A DNA stretch of 64,000 nt from Takakia lepidozioides. Lineage: Eukaryota; Plantae; Bryophyta. Position 1 is the stretch's first letter; each line of letters starts with the position of its first letter. Below are positions 35,719 to 50,679 of this stretch, one piece after another. A model generated the notes under the pieces. That model saw only the letters and a list, made by a program, of their open reading frames with translations, had not been told where the DNA came from and ran no database searches. The position numbers and the translations under genes were made by a program. The stretch is taken from contig CM060734.1 in the NCBI GenBank assembly GCA_030704615.1, positions 33,790,001 to 33,854,000 of the forward strand. Reading direction: 5' to 3'.

Positions 35719-37935
35719 AATACCATGAAAACAATTCACATAATTGCGGTGTATAAACCTCCAACACTACAATGAACTATTTTCTTATATTCTCTCAAAA
35801 AACTCATTGATAATTTCCCACATACATGTCCAACTATAATAATAAGGGATTTTAATGTAGATCTTTTACAGAGTAATATCATAATAACAAATCAATTGCA
35901 AAAATTCTTAGTACTTCAGAGCGCAGGGGGAGAAAGCTGCTCCAAGATTTCGCCAGCACCTGGGGTAAAAATGACCTGCTCGGAGCGCGTCTTCCCATCT
36001 TACGCATTCAATGGTAGGATTCCATTCCCGCTCAATGGGAGGTCCCCTGGTGATGGGGAGGACACTAAATTCAACTAGCGTTACAAACGAGCTAAAGACC
36101 CTACGTCTAAAGCGCACTTGAAATTCTAGTACCTCCAAGTTATTCTGCAGATAACACTCACTACCCCTGCAAATCGCCCACTTCTTCCCGAGGTGTGGTT
36201 CCAGCTCCAGGCATTTGTTGATTTTGTGTTGTGATGCCTTCTCAATTCTCCACTGCTTTTCTCTACGCTCTTATCAGATTCTCTTCGAAGACCTATCCTC
36301 TCTTAGCAGCATTTCCACCTCTGAAAGTTTCCCCCCAGTAAGCCTTCACGGCCCCAGCAAGTGGTTATTTTTTCCACTAATGTGACACTTCTTTTATTAA
36401 TTTGTATTAATTAACTTGCATGATTAATTTTATTAATTTATAATTAGTACTGCCATTTATGGATCTCATCTAGACCATGTTTAGACAAATGCACCTCACC
36501 AACACTGCATATCTGGCATTATAGAAGCATATTGGACAAACCATAAACCTGTATTTATTGCCTTTAGATTACCTAATTACATTCCTTGCTACGAACATAT
36601 ATCATCATCGTAATACTCTAATAGGTACTCACCATAAGGAGGAACCATTACGCGACGAGCCGCTTGTTGATGTTGATATCTTGTTTTTTCTTTTGTAGGG
36701 ATTAGGTATTCAATCTTTCAATGCTCTTGTGGTGAGCGAATCTGGCGATGCCGTACTGAAAGATATCAGCAAGGAGATTATGATATTTGCTTATAGCAAT
36801 GAATGCAGTGAGGTTGTTGTTATGGATCTTAAGTAGAATAGTATGGTTTTTATGGATGATACAAGTGTCTGTGGTTTCATTGCTATATAACTGAAAGTGG
36901 CATCAATTTTTGAATGAGATCTTGTCAAAACCTGAAATGGAGAGAACTTATACCCTGAGTGCTTAAACCAACTTGCAAATTGAACAATAGTTCCATATTC
37001 TTCACAACTGTGACATCAATTTGACCATAGTTGATCTTATAGTAGTTCCTAACCAGTGTTGGGCGGGTATATCACTGAGAACATGACCTACGGCCCGGAC
37101 TTGTCAATATGAAAACCCATTAAAAGCCCGCCGGACCCAGGCTTGAGAGGATATTAAGATTTTTGTTGTCCGACAGATATGCATAATCTATGCTCATTTT
37201 TCGATGTCGGACATGGATGTAAAGGGTTTGTTGTTATAGAAGCGCGCCGGTCATGTGTAAGGGCAGGTCATGAATTTTATTTAAAATATGTATATTTTTA
37301 AATGACTCCAACTTCTCTATAAACATTTGGGCCACCCTCATTTCATTGAAAATCACCAATTGCTAAAGTACCAGATCATGATCTCCACCCATATTTTGTT
37401 AACTATCACTAGTCATCACCAACCTGGGCCCACCTCTTCCCATGCCATTGTTCTCCTCTCTCCACAAGTCCGGCCCGCCCCTCCCACACCGCTAACCCAC
37501 CTATGCAGGGCTTTTGGCGGGCCTCTTGGAGCCCTAACCCTACTATACAGGTCTTGGGGCGGGGCCCCAAGGGGAGCCAAACTTTGAGGGTGTTGAATGA
37601 TATTTTGATATGCATAGTAAGTATTAAGAGTTTTGGCATTATCATAAGCTATTAGTGTTATCATATTTATTAGTATATGGACAACTAAAATAGTATTAGA
37701 GCAGATTTGAGAAAAATAATTTTGACGTGATTCAATTTTTCTATTTTGGGACAATATGGGCAGCTTCAAAAAATAAATATGATGATGACGTGGAGGAAGC
37801 CAATGATGTGGCGGATGATGATATTTAAAAAAAGACGATGACCTAACATTGAGGCACCTTATTCATGCTCTATGCTGAAGTAGTCTTTAACTTTTGAATC
37901 GTCACTAGAATGTATATGCAATGGTATGTTGGATA

Positions 37936-40900
37936 CTATAATTTTGCAAATCCAAGTCCACCATGTGTGAGTTCTTTTATTTCAGATTTGAACATCTCCA
38001 TCTGCAATTTCCATGCAACAACAATTAGAAAACAACTATGATTTATATATAATTTAAGATAATTTTATTCACATCAAGGTGGGAAAATGAATAGATACAA
38101 AAACAAAATTTTCAAATTTTATAGTGAAGTGAATATAAACAATCACGCAATAAAGCGCAAAGCAACATTTGTACATCTTTCAAATTAAGTCATACACACA
38201 CATATTTTAACTTAAGAAAAAGATGCATTGTAGCTTCAGAGAGCAAAACATGTAGTAAGAGTGAGTCAGAGTCGAATTGTTCTCCAACCTTGAGTCCTTG
38301 ATAGACATCACGTTTCCACTTCTTTGATGCAAACTCCATTGCTGCATTTAAAATACATGTAAAAAAAAACCATTTTTCAACTGTGTTTGTCAAGATCAAA
38401 AAATTCTGTTGTATTATTTAATATCTTTCAATTAGACTAATTAATGAACCAATAAATTAGAAGTGAGACTGATAGTTCTATCTGTATCAACAAGATGATA
38501 TTTAGGTGCACGACAACTGTCAATGGTTTAATTATGATTAGCTAAAAATACCTACTTCTAGCAAATTTGAGTTTATCTCATCCAAAATTTTATAATTAAA
38601 TAGTTGGATATTATGTTAGATTAAATAAAAAATCGTGACATACCCTTCTTTTGACCCTCTTCAAAAGTTATAGTAGGATTCGAACATGAGGCATGTACAA
38701 TTCCTGCTGCATGCGCTGTACTCCCAGTATATCTATGTCTGCAGTAAGATAATATATCATAACATGATCAAAAATATGTAATTCATCAATTCATTGTTTG
38801 AACCAGTTGGTTTGAACGTAAAATCTTTGAAGAATGTTGACCTATTTATGTATAGTGTGGAACTAAGATGAAATGAAAAGTTAAATAATTAACATTCTCA
38901 TTGATATAAGATCAATTAAAACTAGCATTGAAAAAAACTTTTCAAGTCACATTGTATTGTTAGATTTTATATTTAATTCATATAGAGATAATTTCAATAT
39001 AGCTCAAATTTTATGGTCTAGAGTATAAAATTAAAAATAATTAGCGCACATCGTGCTAAATATAAACACTTCTAACTCTTAGGTGTCTATCTATGGCCAA
39101 GATATGATACACTCATTCATAATTTATTCAAGTACATTGATAGTTTGTGAAAGTATAAACAATGCATATACCCAGAAAGAACTGCTTGTTGGTAGGTAAT
39201 AGGTGGAAGCTTGCAACGTATGATGGCTGAGTTTCCTGGGGTTAATGTTAGCCCTATGTCCACCTGCACCACCATAACATAATTCATAAGTTTATCAAGA
39301 ATGACCTATTCAATATCTTATCATGAGCTATATTATTCTTTAAATTTCACTTGGTCAGTCAGTATTCTAGAAAATTAGAATTATATAGAGATAAAAGTTA
39401 CCTCGTTTACGAAGATGAGACCTTTGTCAGAGCGCATAATGCGGAAATCATGGGCCAATGCAAACATACACCCTCCTCCCACTGCATGTCCGCTGTCACG
39501 ATGACAACACAACTAATCATATCATGAGATCCTTTAACATGAATCGATGATCATGAAATACTCATGAATTTGCTTTGTATAGTTTGTTTGTATGTTCATA
39601 ATAACTGTGAGGAGATCATGCAGCTCAATTGGGGGAACAAACTTACCAAATAGAAACCACCGTTGGAATTGGAAAACATAACACCCGTTTCAATAAATTC
39701 TGAAATTGTTGCAATAGTTCCTGCAATAAGTAATAGTAAAATCTTAACCATGTAACCTTGCAAATCAAAGTACAAATATGGAAAGCGGTTGGAATCCAAA
39801 CCAATCTGAATCTTTAGATCCATCTATATTTAAAATAAACACATTGATGGTCATGTGAAGTACTACCACCCGTTTTATAGCATCATGTCCTCCATAGTTG
39901 ACATCCATGCCATTTGAAAAGAATCGTCCCTGCACATGTATACGACACAATGATTTGGTCATGTTATATAATAACATGATTACTCAAGCAATATAGATTT
40001 TGAAACCGAAACTAAAAAGCGACCAATATTGTTCATTCCATGATCACATCCAATATTTCAAATTTATCTTTCACAATTATGATCTGTGAGTATGGGCAGT
40101 TTTTTCAGATCTCTCTATTATCTTATTATTATTATCTACAACTATACAACCGTGGAACCAACATAGACATAATAAAAATATTGCTTTAAGTGTCAGTTAA
40201 ATAATTTATATGATGAAGACTCTTGTCAAAGCAAGTGTAACCTATGATGTCATTTCATCTTGAAAGGCGTCTGCTTTCCATTTGGAAGATTAATACTTCG
40301 TAGAGGTCATAGCCGGAGCAACACCGTTGCCTAACCTCTAAAAACACGCACTAAGTCCCTATGTACCTACACATTACATAGTTGGTTGACCACGTTAGCC
40401 CTATTTATAGCTAGATTGGCCATAATGTGTGACATCCAACATACACCTATATAAATCGAATCCACGACCACTAGGCCATCTATTGAATGTTTGATGCGCC
40501 CCCAAAATCATTTTGAACAAATGACACTGTAGAGCCAAAATTTAGACATGGAGTACTGTGGTGAAGATAAGCTACATATAAACTCTAAATTAGTTGGACA
40601 TGATAAATCCTCAATAATTATATAATATAAACTTATAATGAACGTTGTCTTTGCTTTCATTGACTTGCAGATAGTTATTAATTTACTTTATGACTGTCCT
40701 CACAACAAGCACTAGAGGAGTCACTCATAACGACATCCTCAATGCTACATATATTAACTTCAACACTCCAACTACATCCATTCACAAATGCTTCAAATCA
40801 ATCCACCTCACCGCTATTCCCTCTCTCACAACCATCATCACTAACAAGAATAAATTAGAAACCAATGTCTCCTAGGCTACCCACAGGCGTGGTAGCGCTT

Positions 40901-42323
40901 GTGTTTTTGTTAATAGGGCCCATGTAGCCAAAAGAGCGCAGTAGTTGCAAGGGGAAGTGATTCTTAGTTATGTCAACATTGGCCGAAATTTCTCTCTCTC
41001 TCTTTATTCTATGACTAATTTGGATAGACCCTATACTTATGTTCAGATAAGTTACATGTCAAATTCTAGCAATAGCCTCATCATGAATAGATTTGCCAAG
41101 TCTCAATTAATATCAACACAAAATAAGATGCATTAATGTGTACCTCATTAGTAGTAAGGAGAGCTGTAGCATCCGGTGAGTTTTCCACCTGTGTAGTTAT
41201 CATAATTAATATTATAAGTTTGAAATGATAAATTTTAATTATAATTTATAGCATTAAACCACCACCATCTATTTGAGGGGATCTTGTTATGTCCAAGACT
41301 CTTATTATTGTCACAATCTTTGTTTTGAAATGAGAATAAATTTTATACCAAAACATAAATTTTAAACCTTGAAATGAACATGATTATAATAATATCTATT
41401 TTTCGCAAGTCCTAACACTTTAAGATTTTTTAAATATTAATATTGAATAGATTATTTTATTCTTAAACATATTAAATCAATTGTCAATATGTGACTCTAA
41501 ATGAAGGTATTCTAATTTCTTCATATCTTAACTGTATCATTACTAAGTTCAATGTCAGAATATTTTCAATATTTTAATGTTATTTATTTCAATGAAATCA
41601 TAATTTATGTATGAAAATTATTGGACGATCTTTTCCCTTAAACTGCAGTTGAACATATTTGAAAATGTCCTGTGAGAAACAAAAGAACATTATTGCGGAT
41701 CGTCTACATAGTTCATAATGATCTTGAACCAATATGGATCATCCAATTCAATTTGAATTCAATTTGAGTGAATATCATTTGTTAATAAACTTAAAAATAT
41801 ATTATCAATATAAAATATTAGATTGTAACAGTTAAGCAAAGGTATATTAAATCTAGGAGAGGATTTGTCATCTTTTAATGCATATTTTTAAAAGAAATAG
41901 GCAAGAGGCTATATACCAGATTCAAAGCATCATTGATGTGGGATATGGTTGTAGGATTAAATATGTGTTCCAACCCAATGAACACCATTCAATTATTATG
42001 AACAATATATTTTTCGAAGTAAAGGAAGTTCAGATGAATGAAAAGCTCAAATTGTTTTGGCTGATCAAGCTTTGACTTAAAATATAATCCCAACACGCAA
42101 GCCAATACATGCATGCATGACTAACGCTGGCGTGTTCTCTTTCTCTCCGCATGTGCAATCCCAAATATGTAAGGAATGGAACGCTTACACATGCTCGTTA
42201 GATCGAGTGAAAGTCAGGAGGTAGACGTTTCCTTTCCTGGAAGCTTAGTGACTTGACAAAATGATTCAAACTCATTTTTTTCCCCCTGCTGAACTGTCTA
42301 CCAATGTGACTGTAAGACGCCAT
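37936..42323 (-). CDS. ECI: Peroxisomal Delta3,Delta2-enoyl-CoA isomerase (crotonase family), ~11 exons, one broken splice acceptor
   Basis: Exons 42189-42236, 41917-41962, 41144-41188, 39870-39929, 39647-39720, 39402-39492, 39172-39263, 38644-38738, 38289-38341, 37936-38001 join in phase: GRFFSNGMD, FPIPTVVSICGHAVGGGCMFALAHDFRIMR, NEVDIGL, C-terminal AKL (PTS1). First exon 42295-42323 is tentative. Confidence 0.9.
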
Positions 42324-44832
42324 TATAGCTTTTGAATGTTTTTACGTCTAGTGAATAATATGTGCATGCACAAACCACCAATCAAACACTTTAGAACGTT
42401 AGTTTGCAACAATACATACATCCATTAACATAATTTTTATGTGCCGTAAAATTGGTAATTGTCAATACGATAATGTTTGACAAAACGAAACCTAAACGTC
42501 ATATAAAATGAAAATTTTGAAAGAATATGAGGAAAGACATAGTTACTTTATACTAATTATCATGTTATGCTTCAAAATTCAACTTCAATAGTATCATATT
42601 TACTAAAATAAGCAACTGATATTCAATAAAAGCTTGAGCTCTAGTATCGATCCAACCATTAAGTCCTTAGAGTATTTCATATCAGTTGAAAATGCATGAA
42701 GGTGTAAGCATGACATAACTTTCAGACAATATATGTAAGAAATTATCATGTATATGCACAATTCATGTATCTACTAACCACTCAAGTGCAGAAAGGTGCT
42801 AATTGGAGTATGTCACAATTGTCCATTCAATGTTCATATCGTTTTTTTTTAAAAAGGCTTGAGAGAGAAAAACAATCTGACCGGATCAAACAATAGTTTG
42901 TGACACCCATAATTTGAAGAGTAACAGACTTAAGCATTCAATCAGCCTACATTGCAAGAGATCAAACATGATATTATTCTGATATTATTCTTCAAGCTAA
43001 TAATTTGTAATAATTAAAGCATGTATAGACCGCTCTTGCAACATAAGAAGTTATTTTCTCACTGGTTTGTAATACATAATCATTTATGCTTCATAGCTGG
43101 AAGTCAAGTTAAGACAAGTTGATTACAATGTTTGTTCCAGAATCACTAGTGTTCTCGTTGAGTCTGTTTGAGGCCAATCAAACGTTCTTTTCCCCACACA
43201 GACATAGCTCTTTAGAAACAATTGAAGTGGTGCAAAGAATGATACATGAAACTCTAGTTTCTCATCTTGTTGTTCTAGCAAGTGGAGGTAATAAACTGAG
43301 CGAAAAAATCTTCCACTAATAAGCCTGCTCACCATATGTTACGTCAACGATAGGACCCGACCATGATGTGGTGCCAAACAAATAAAAAGACAAACATATG
43401 CAATAATATGTATTACTTGACCATTGACCCTAAATCAACGGATCAAGTCTTCAATAAATGAAAAGAATTCAAATGGCTTTTCCGTAAATGGGTCGTAGTT
43501 TATTTAGAGAGACCAATGTAGAACGGTAGTAAAGTTAGGTCATTTTCTAGTAATTTTGTTATCAATAAAATCCAAAAATAAGACAAAAGAGATATATAGT
43601 ATAATCCATTTTGTCCACCTTCCAAACTGAAGGTTGTAACCTTTCGACGTGAAGTACGTTATCCATAAGTTATGTCAAACTCTTGCTTGAGCAAGGTTTC
43701 CTTTCCTTCATTTATCTTTGACTCTTTGACTTTTGACTCTTTGACTCTCTATCTCTAACTATGTGACTCTTTCCTTCATTTATCTCTTGGATCCATGTTC
43801 TTAAAGTTTGTTTTCCCTCTATCCGTATATAGTTTGTAGAATAAAATCAAACATGGGTAATTACATGAGAAGACCCACCCCCATTGACCCTATATAAGGC
43901 AAGCCAAATTGTCACTTGATTAATAAAAACATTGTGCCCATTAGCACTTAACTAACATGATATCTAGCAGTATTCTAGATATCTAGATATTCTAGATATT
44001 CTAAAATATGTCCAGGTGTCCAGATATCATAGTCAATATCTAACAAAATCTAAATTTACAACGCAATGAAAAATTAAGCATTATGTTGGTTATAAGCTGA
44101 AATAACGATGACATCAATGGCGACCTTAGATACTTGACGTATACTAGACATTGCATAGGAAGTCTCGTCAAAGCCAACATAACTAAGAACAAACATTAGA
44201 CTTCCATCTATAAAGATAATAAATTATAATATTAGGGTAGCCTGTGCCGTTGGTCCTAGTGTCAGGTATCATCTAAGCCTATGTATGCAAGTGCGTCTCC
44301 TATGTCGAGGCCCAAGTGTGACCTCTAGGGTAGCCTCTACCATTGGCCCAAGGGTCCAATGTCATCAAGTCCAAATGCATTTTTTTTTTTTTCCACAGAG
44401 CCTACGACCAGATTTGAACGGGAGACCTTTCCCTTGATATCTCTCCTATCGAGGCTCCAACCATTATCCCATGAATGCCCACTTTGCAATTTTTTGTGAA
44501 TTTCCAGCAACCCAAAGTACTTGAAATTCCACATCTCCTACACAAGTCCAAAAACCGTGAGACCAACCCCGTGCACCCCTCCTCATCGAGGGCTTTCCAA
44601 TGGTAGCAAGCACCAGCGCCGGGCCCCCGCGGTTTGGGACATCTCAAATCTACAAAACAAACAAAACAAAACAAACGTCTCACTTCATAGATTGATATGC
44701 TTGCTATTGTTGTACATATAGTTGTCTCATTGTTTACAACGTAGTATGTCGTGCACCTAAGCATTGGGCCACAACATACATCGTTGTCCACCACACATTC
44801 TAAGCACACAATCCTAGAAAGCTATGCCACAA

Positions 44833-45162
44833 TGATAATGAAAGTGAACACAATGGAAACATGAATCCACTCAATCACATAAACTAAGTCAAGCCAATGA
44901 CACCTTTGCTAAAGAATCCACCCTACAAGCCCTTACCACACTCCTTCTCAATACCTAGAGCTATGGAGGTGGGAGAGGCTCATGGAGGCTCAACGACAAG
45001 AAGATGAGCCCTCCTCAACCCTCACAAGGAGAAAATCTCTCCCCATGACATCCCAAGTGCCTCACTTGGGATATGAGACCAAATGAAGTCCCAATACACA
45101 AAATACAAATATAAATATCAAAAATATCCTAATTAACTAGAAATAGGTCATTCTAGTTTACA
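44833..45162 (-). mobile_element. Solo LTR of family B (diverged copy)
   Basis: 330 bp, TG...CA, colinear with 13486-13818 (AAGTCAAGCCAATGACACCTTTGCTAAAG; AAAATACAAATATAAAT). Confidence 0.85.
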
Positions 45163-45452
45163 GTTGTCGTGCACCTAAGCATCGTGCCACAACATACTTC
45201 GTTGTTCACCATACATTCTAAGCACACAATCCTAGAAAGCTATGCCACAATCGTCCGGTGACATGATGATTAAACATCGCCCGGTGAGAGAAAAGATACA
45301 AGCTAGAGACGGTGGAAAAATATTAGACATCCTACGCAGGAATTATAAAATGACTTCGGACCTTGTTTCAAAGTCATCAACTAACAAAAAATGAGATAAG
45401 TGAAAGAGAGCAAAGATATAAAAATAAGTGAAGAGATATAAGAAACTATAAC

Positions 45453-46610
45453 TCAGAATATATTTATAATGATACTAGCACTTATATGGAGATAACAAGA
45501 AAGTGCAAGTCCTTCGAAAATATTGACCGCCGCCATCCCTGCCGTGCAAAACGAAGAGGCGATGTACGCATAGGTAGAGCTGCGAAGCTCATGAGTGTAG
45601 GACTTCAAATTCAGCTCGCAATATGTAAATTTATCATTCGTTCCTCTCAAGGCAGTCTGAATTGGTTTGACTCTCAGACATCTGTCAATGTACTCCTCTG
45701 GATGCACAAACTCTGTAGATGAGATCGGAAACACATAGTCAAGACAAAGATATGGTTCCGACAATCCAAACTTGCAGAACTTATATTCAGTCTTCATCGC
45801 CCCATGAAAATAGAGACCTTGAACACAAATAAATCTTTTGGCACCCTCTCTAATTCGAATGTAGTAATTGAGATGAGCTGAAGATGTAGGACTTGACATG
45901 AAACAAAGGCAGTGCAATTAAACTTCATGAATCGGAATGTGTTGAGGATTGTTGAGGATCCGAGGGGGACCAAATCATCGAATCATCTTCTGGGAGCGTA
46001 TTCACGAACACAAGACTGATGTTTGCAAACTCGACCTTCGGGATATATGAGGAATTTGACTTGATATCATCTGTTTTTGCTCCAATGCCAATGTGCCTAT
46101 AGACCTTTTTGAAGTCAGATCTGATTGATTTTGCTTTCCCATAGTTCACCTCAACACTTTTTTTCAGTGTAAGAAGCTCAGTGATGAATGTTGTAGGAAT
46201 GGATGGCCGCTCTTTGTTCATGTTTGCCTTGTCGGCAAGATACGTCGATCCCAGTGCCTTGCGTAATGACCCAAACTGGACTTTGTCAATCCTGTATTTC
46301 TTCTTGACCTCAAGCCATTTTTCTCTTGTATATGGATTTGTATTGTCCTTTGTCCGCAATGGACATCCAAAAACATGCATGATGTCGTCAATTATAAACC
46401 TCATTTTCTTCATGTGCCCAATATAATTGATCATGCTCTGAATAGACTTGTGTTGGCCCTTATATGGGTGGCGAATAGTCAACTTGCAACTGAGAAGCTT
46501 TTCCACGATTTTCCCCAGCTGCCTCCCAGATAACCTGTAGAGCGAAAAGAGGGACCTACACAATGTACCCGATGTTACCATTAAATTGTCAGAGTTACTT
46601 TTAATCATTC
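45453..46610 (-). pseudogene. Orphan intronless coding-like region (ORFs 45925-46788 and 45453-45917)
   Basis: Two consecutive long ORFs in AT-rich DNA with complex amino-acid composition; no family recognised. Confidence 0.35.
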
Positions 46611-48854
46611 TGCACTTGTGCTGCAGCGGAAGAAGAAAACACAGGTGTAGATGGTACTTCAACCGTTGTGGTCCGCACACCTTGGGTGATTGCATATGCG
46701 AGCAACATCCCTGAGCACAAAGCAACAATGCAAGAAGGGTAAAGCTCTTGAGATGGACCCACCCACAAATATTTATATGGTAATTCAATCACTAGAAATC
46801 CACACCAAGGTCGTGATTGCCAGTAGGGTTAGGCAACAGAACCTCACATTCACTCATTTCCCTTGATTCATTTAATTAAGGGCTGGGCATAGACTCTGGC
46901 CTTCACCTACAGTCCATGTTTACAAATGATCTTCACTAGGCTTGTCAATGCCACATCCTTCACCCAGGCAGGATACACACAGACTACCCTAATGGAGTAG
47001 ATGTAATAAGTGAGTGGGAGAGAAACCCTTCTTGAGCATACACAGGGAGTTGGAGGAACTATGTGTACACAGCCCAGGTCACACTACACTAAATGCACAA
47101 TCATGGTCATGATCCCTAAATCTTGAAATGCTAATTTTCAAAATTTGCAGACTTTCAAAATTTGCAGAGTAAATGCACCGGGTAGGCAATAAGGCAGACC
47201 ACATGCAACTATCTGCAACTCCTCGTTACATCCCTTACTTCATAGCTACTTTGGTCACTAATTATTCATAAGATAAATTAAATAAGAAAAGAGATAATCA
47301 CTAAGTTCCAACTACTTCACAGCCTGCTACTTTGTGAGATGGAGAGAATGTGCATTATGAGAGAACGTGAGATGGTGAGAATGTGTATCATCTCAGAATA
47401 GATCTTGTTGTCTTGAATACTGTATGATTGTATGATGTTCAAAGAGGCTCCAGCCTTTCCGACTAAGACCTTTTAGCTGATGAGACTGCGGGTTGGACTT
47501 AATTAATAGGATTAAGCAACCTACCGAGATGTTGATTCATACGACTACCAGGGGTTAGTTATATTTCAAATGATTACTCTGTAATCGTTTCAGAAGGCAT
47601 ACCGTCGGACAATCTCTGTTGCATGTATTGGGAAATGGGCTGTAGAGTTGAGAGCCAACTTCAATACAACTAATGACCAATGACCAACAAATCCATTCAT
47701 ATCGTACTTCGAAACACGTTACAAAGTACCATCGGATGGATCGTCAACTAACAAGGTCTTTCAGGCATTACACTATACATAATTACTCGTGGGGGCCTGC
47801 CATAATGGTAAATGACTCAATATCTGCCCCAAACACCCAAAAAATCAAATCTGCGAAAGGCCAGCGGATGCTTAAGCGGCTGTCCAAATAGAAGTTGCAG
47901 CCTCCATTCTAGGCCAAGTGGTAAATGGCATGGGCCCCACTTGGGTGCCACATGCCGCAATGTGGGCACATAGTTCTGGAAACTTCCAAAGTCCAGAACG
48001 TTCTACAAGGGGTCCCTTGGAACGCATCCGCCTAGCCGCTGACCATTCCAGCGCGGGCTGGAGAGGGCAGGCTGTACGAGGAGGACTGTACCAGAGCATA
48101 GGGGAGGCGTAACAGAGACAGGGAGTGTACAGAGGCAGGGGATCGCGACCATGGAGGCAATGAAAGCAAAAGCGCTCACTATCCGCGTTGGGGGTAGAGG
48201 TTGGCTGGAGCAAGTGGTGGTAGGGGCTGGCTCCCTATCGACTAATTAGTTATCATTTCATTGGTAGTAAGTTCTTGGTGTGCTTGGTGACAAGGCTTGG
48301 GCAAAACTGAAGGTTATTATATTCCATTGTAGCAAGTTATAACAAATATATGTGTATGATTTTTCTGCCAAAAATTACATTTGGAATGGAGTTCGTTATA
48401 TTCCATTACGACGCCGTATGAGTCGACAACGAATTTATAAAGGATCCGAAGTGAATAAGTAAGAATACATATATTGTGGTCTGAGGCTTTAATCCTGATG
48501 TGTCGATGTGGCCTACATCACATGCAAAGTAGATATGAATCCATATTTGGGCCATTATGAGGCTACCACGTGTGCGCAGTCATTTAGAAAGTCCCTGCAT
48601 GCCCTTCAGCTCGCCACGGGCCCAATCAAAATCCGCGAATGTGTGGAGGTCCATTTCTTATCCTCTTAATTTGCATGATCCCGACCGTTGAATGTCCATT
48701 GAGTGCATGCCAAGAGGAATTGAGCCCCAAACCACTGGGGGGACAAGATCTACACTTTATTCTCACATTAATGGACCCATAATGTGTTTTTGGAGGCGCC
48801 GCTTACCCACCATAATGGATTCTGTGGGGCCCCCAAAGTAGCTAGTTATGGATT

Positions 48855-48976
48855 TGGATGGATGGACTATCCACCCTACATCCATTCTTTTCATCCAAGG
48901 AAAAATGCCACAACCTGGATGGATGGACTATCTACCCTACATCCATTCTTTTCATCCAAGAAAAAATGCCACAACC
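48855..48976. repeat. 2 x 61-bp near-perfect tandem duplication
   Basis: TGGATGGATGGACTATC...AATGCCACAACC twice. Confidence 0.9.
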
Positions 48977-50679
48977 GTCGGATCGGACTTAGATCCGACG
49001 GTGGGGAAGAGGAGCGATTTGCCAAGTCTATATCGTGAAGGAGAGAGCTCTCTCCCTCTTTTGGTTTTTGTTTTCAGCCAGGCTGCTAGGTGGGGTTGTG
49101 TGAGGGAGACAATGAGGGCGTGGAGCGAGCGAAATGTGAGCATAGAATCTTTGTGAGCAAGGAGAGTATCTTAGATTTGCAAGGCAAGTCTGGAGTATTA
49201 GTGTTAGAGAGATTTGTAGGGTGGAGGATTAGCGCTAGAGAGAAATTTTGTTTCAGGTCATGATCCAAATGAAATTTATTTGTTAGAGATTGTTAGTGTT
49301 AGTTTGAGTGTTCATTATGTTAGAGAGACGAGCTACAACCAGCCAGCGAACAACGAGCAGAATGCAAGCCAGCGGCGGGCTAAAGATGACCCTTCCTGTT
49401 TCGAACGATTAATAAGTTGGCTGGACCATGTCGTTTGGCGTGTTTGGCGTGCTTGGTGTTTACAAGGTACTTGGGAGCGGTGTCAAGCTTGGTGTTTCTA
49501 AGGTAGGGTCAAGTTGGTGTTAGGAGATTAGGCCAGTAGTTGCAGCCAGCAGCTTGCCGTAGCTACGAGGAAGCAAGTTGCGGCTTTTGGCTCCTCATGT
49601 AGGTATCACGATGTGGTTTTTCCTTGCTGTTTACAAGGTATTGAGAGGTTCAACTTCGTCTTAGAAGAGCAAAAGCCCATGGCCAGCAGCCATAGCCATC
49701 AACCTCAAAACAACTGCGGGCTATGGCTCTTCCTGTAGGTGTCACGATTTGGTAATTTCATTGATGTTTACAAGGTGATAGGGAAAGTCAGATTTGTCTT
49801 AGGAGACCAGCAGTCCGTGGCCAATAGCCACAGCCATCAGCCAGGTAGCCGCGGGCTGTTGGCTCTTTTTGTTACTATGACGAAATATTTGGTATTTCTT
49901 GGACTAGGTGTTTTCAACGTACTTGGGAGGGTAAGCTTGGTTTTAGGAACCCGACAGACGTAGCTGCGCGTAGGGAGGAGCGGGGACTAGCCCGCAAACA
50001 TGATAGGCTCCAGTAGCTCCAGTATGTGAGAAATTATCTGTTTACAATTTTTTTTAACGATTTTCAGCTTAGACCTGTTTGTGCTATCTCTCTCTCTCCC
50101 TCTCTCAATCCTCTTTCTCTTCTCTCTTTTTCTTTGTCAAATACCATGGGGTTCTTTCTCCATCATTGAACACCAACATTGGTGATGGCATATACAAATA
50201 ATATTCACAGATATCTATGTTTGTCAATAATCACCTTTGCACCTCCCGTTGGCAGTGCCAAGCAACGAAGTCCAAAAGGACTACAAGATGCCAAAGAACC
50301 GCACCAGGAGAGGGGCAAAAATGATCAGAAAAGGAGGGGGGAATGGTTTATATAGGCGCCCAGCAGCCCCCCCCCCCAAAATGGCATTATGCTTGAAAAA
50401 TAGCGACAGGCCAGTCGCGCGTGCCACGCGCATCCACATGGGAGAGGTCAAGGGTTCAAAACCACCTCCCACATCCCATTTGTTTCGTTTTTCCTGACCC
50501 GTGGCACCTCGCCACGTGGCTGGCCAAGCGCCGCTTCATGATTATTATTATTAATTAAAAATATATATATTTAATAATTATTATTATTATTTATTTAAAA
50601 AAAAAACCACACGGCGGGTCCCTGGATTTCTAAAAAAAGAAAAAAAAAACACGCGACTGCTATATTTAAAAAAACAAGA

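Noticed and set aside
36700-37030. Exon-like segment after TTGTAG
   Set aside because: Several stops and no recognisable family.
37054-37066. Second hAT element starting CAGTGTTGGGCGG
   Set aside because: No partner TIR or TSD found.
43635-44060. Possible solo LTR with TATA and short repeats
   Set aside because: No TSD and no second copy in the window.
47872-48213. 113-aa ORF in a GC-richer patch
   Set aside because: No motif or splice support.
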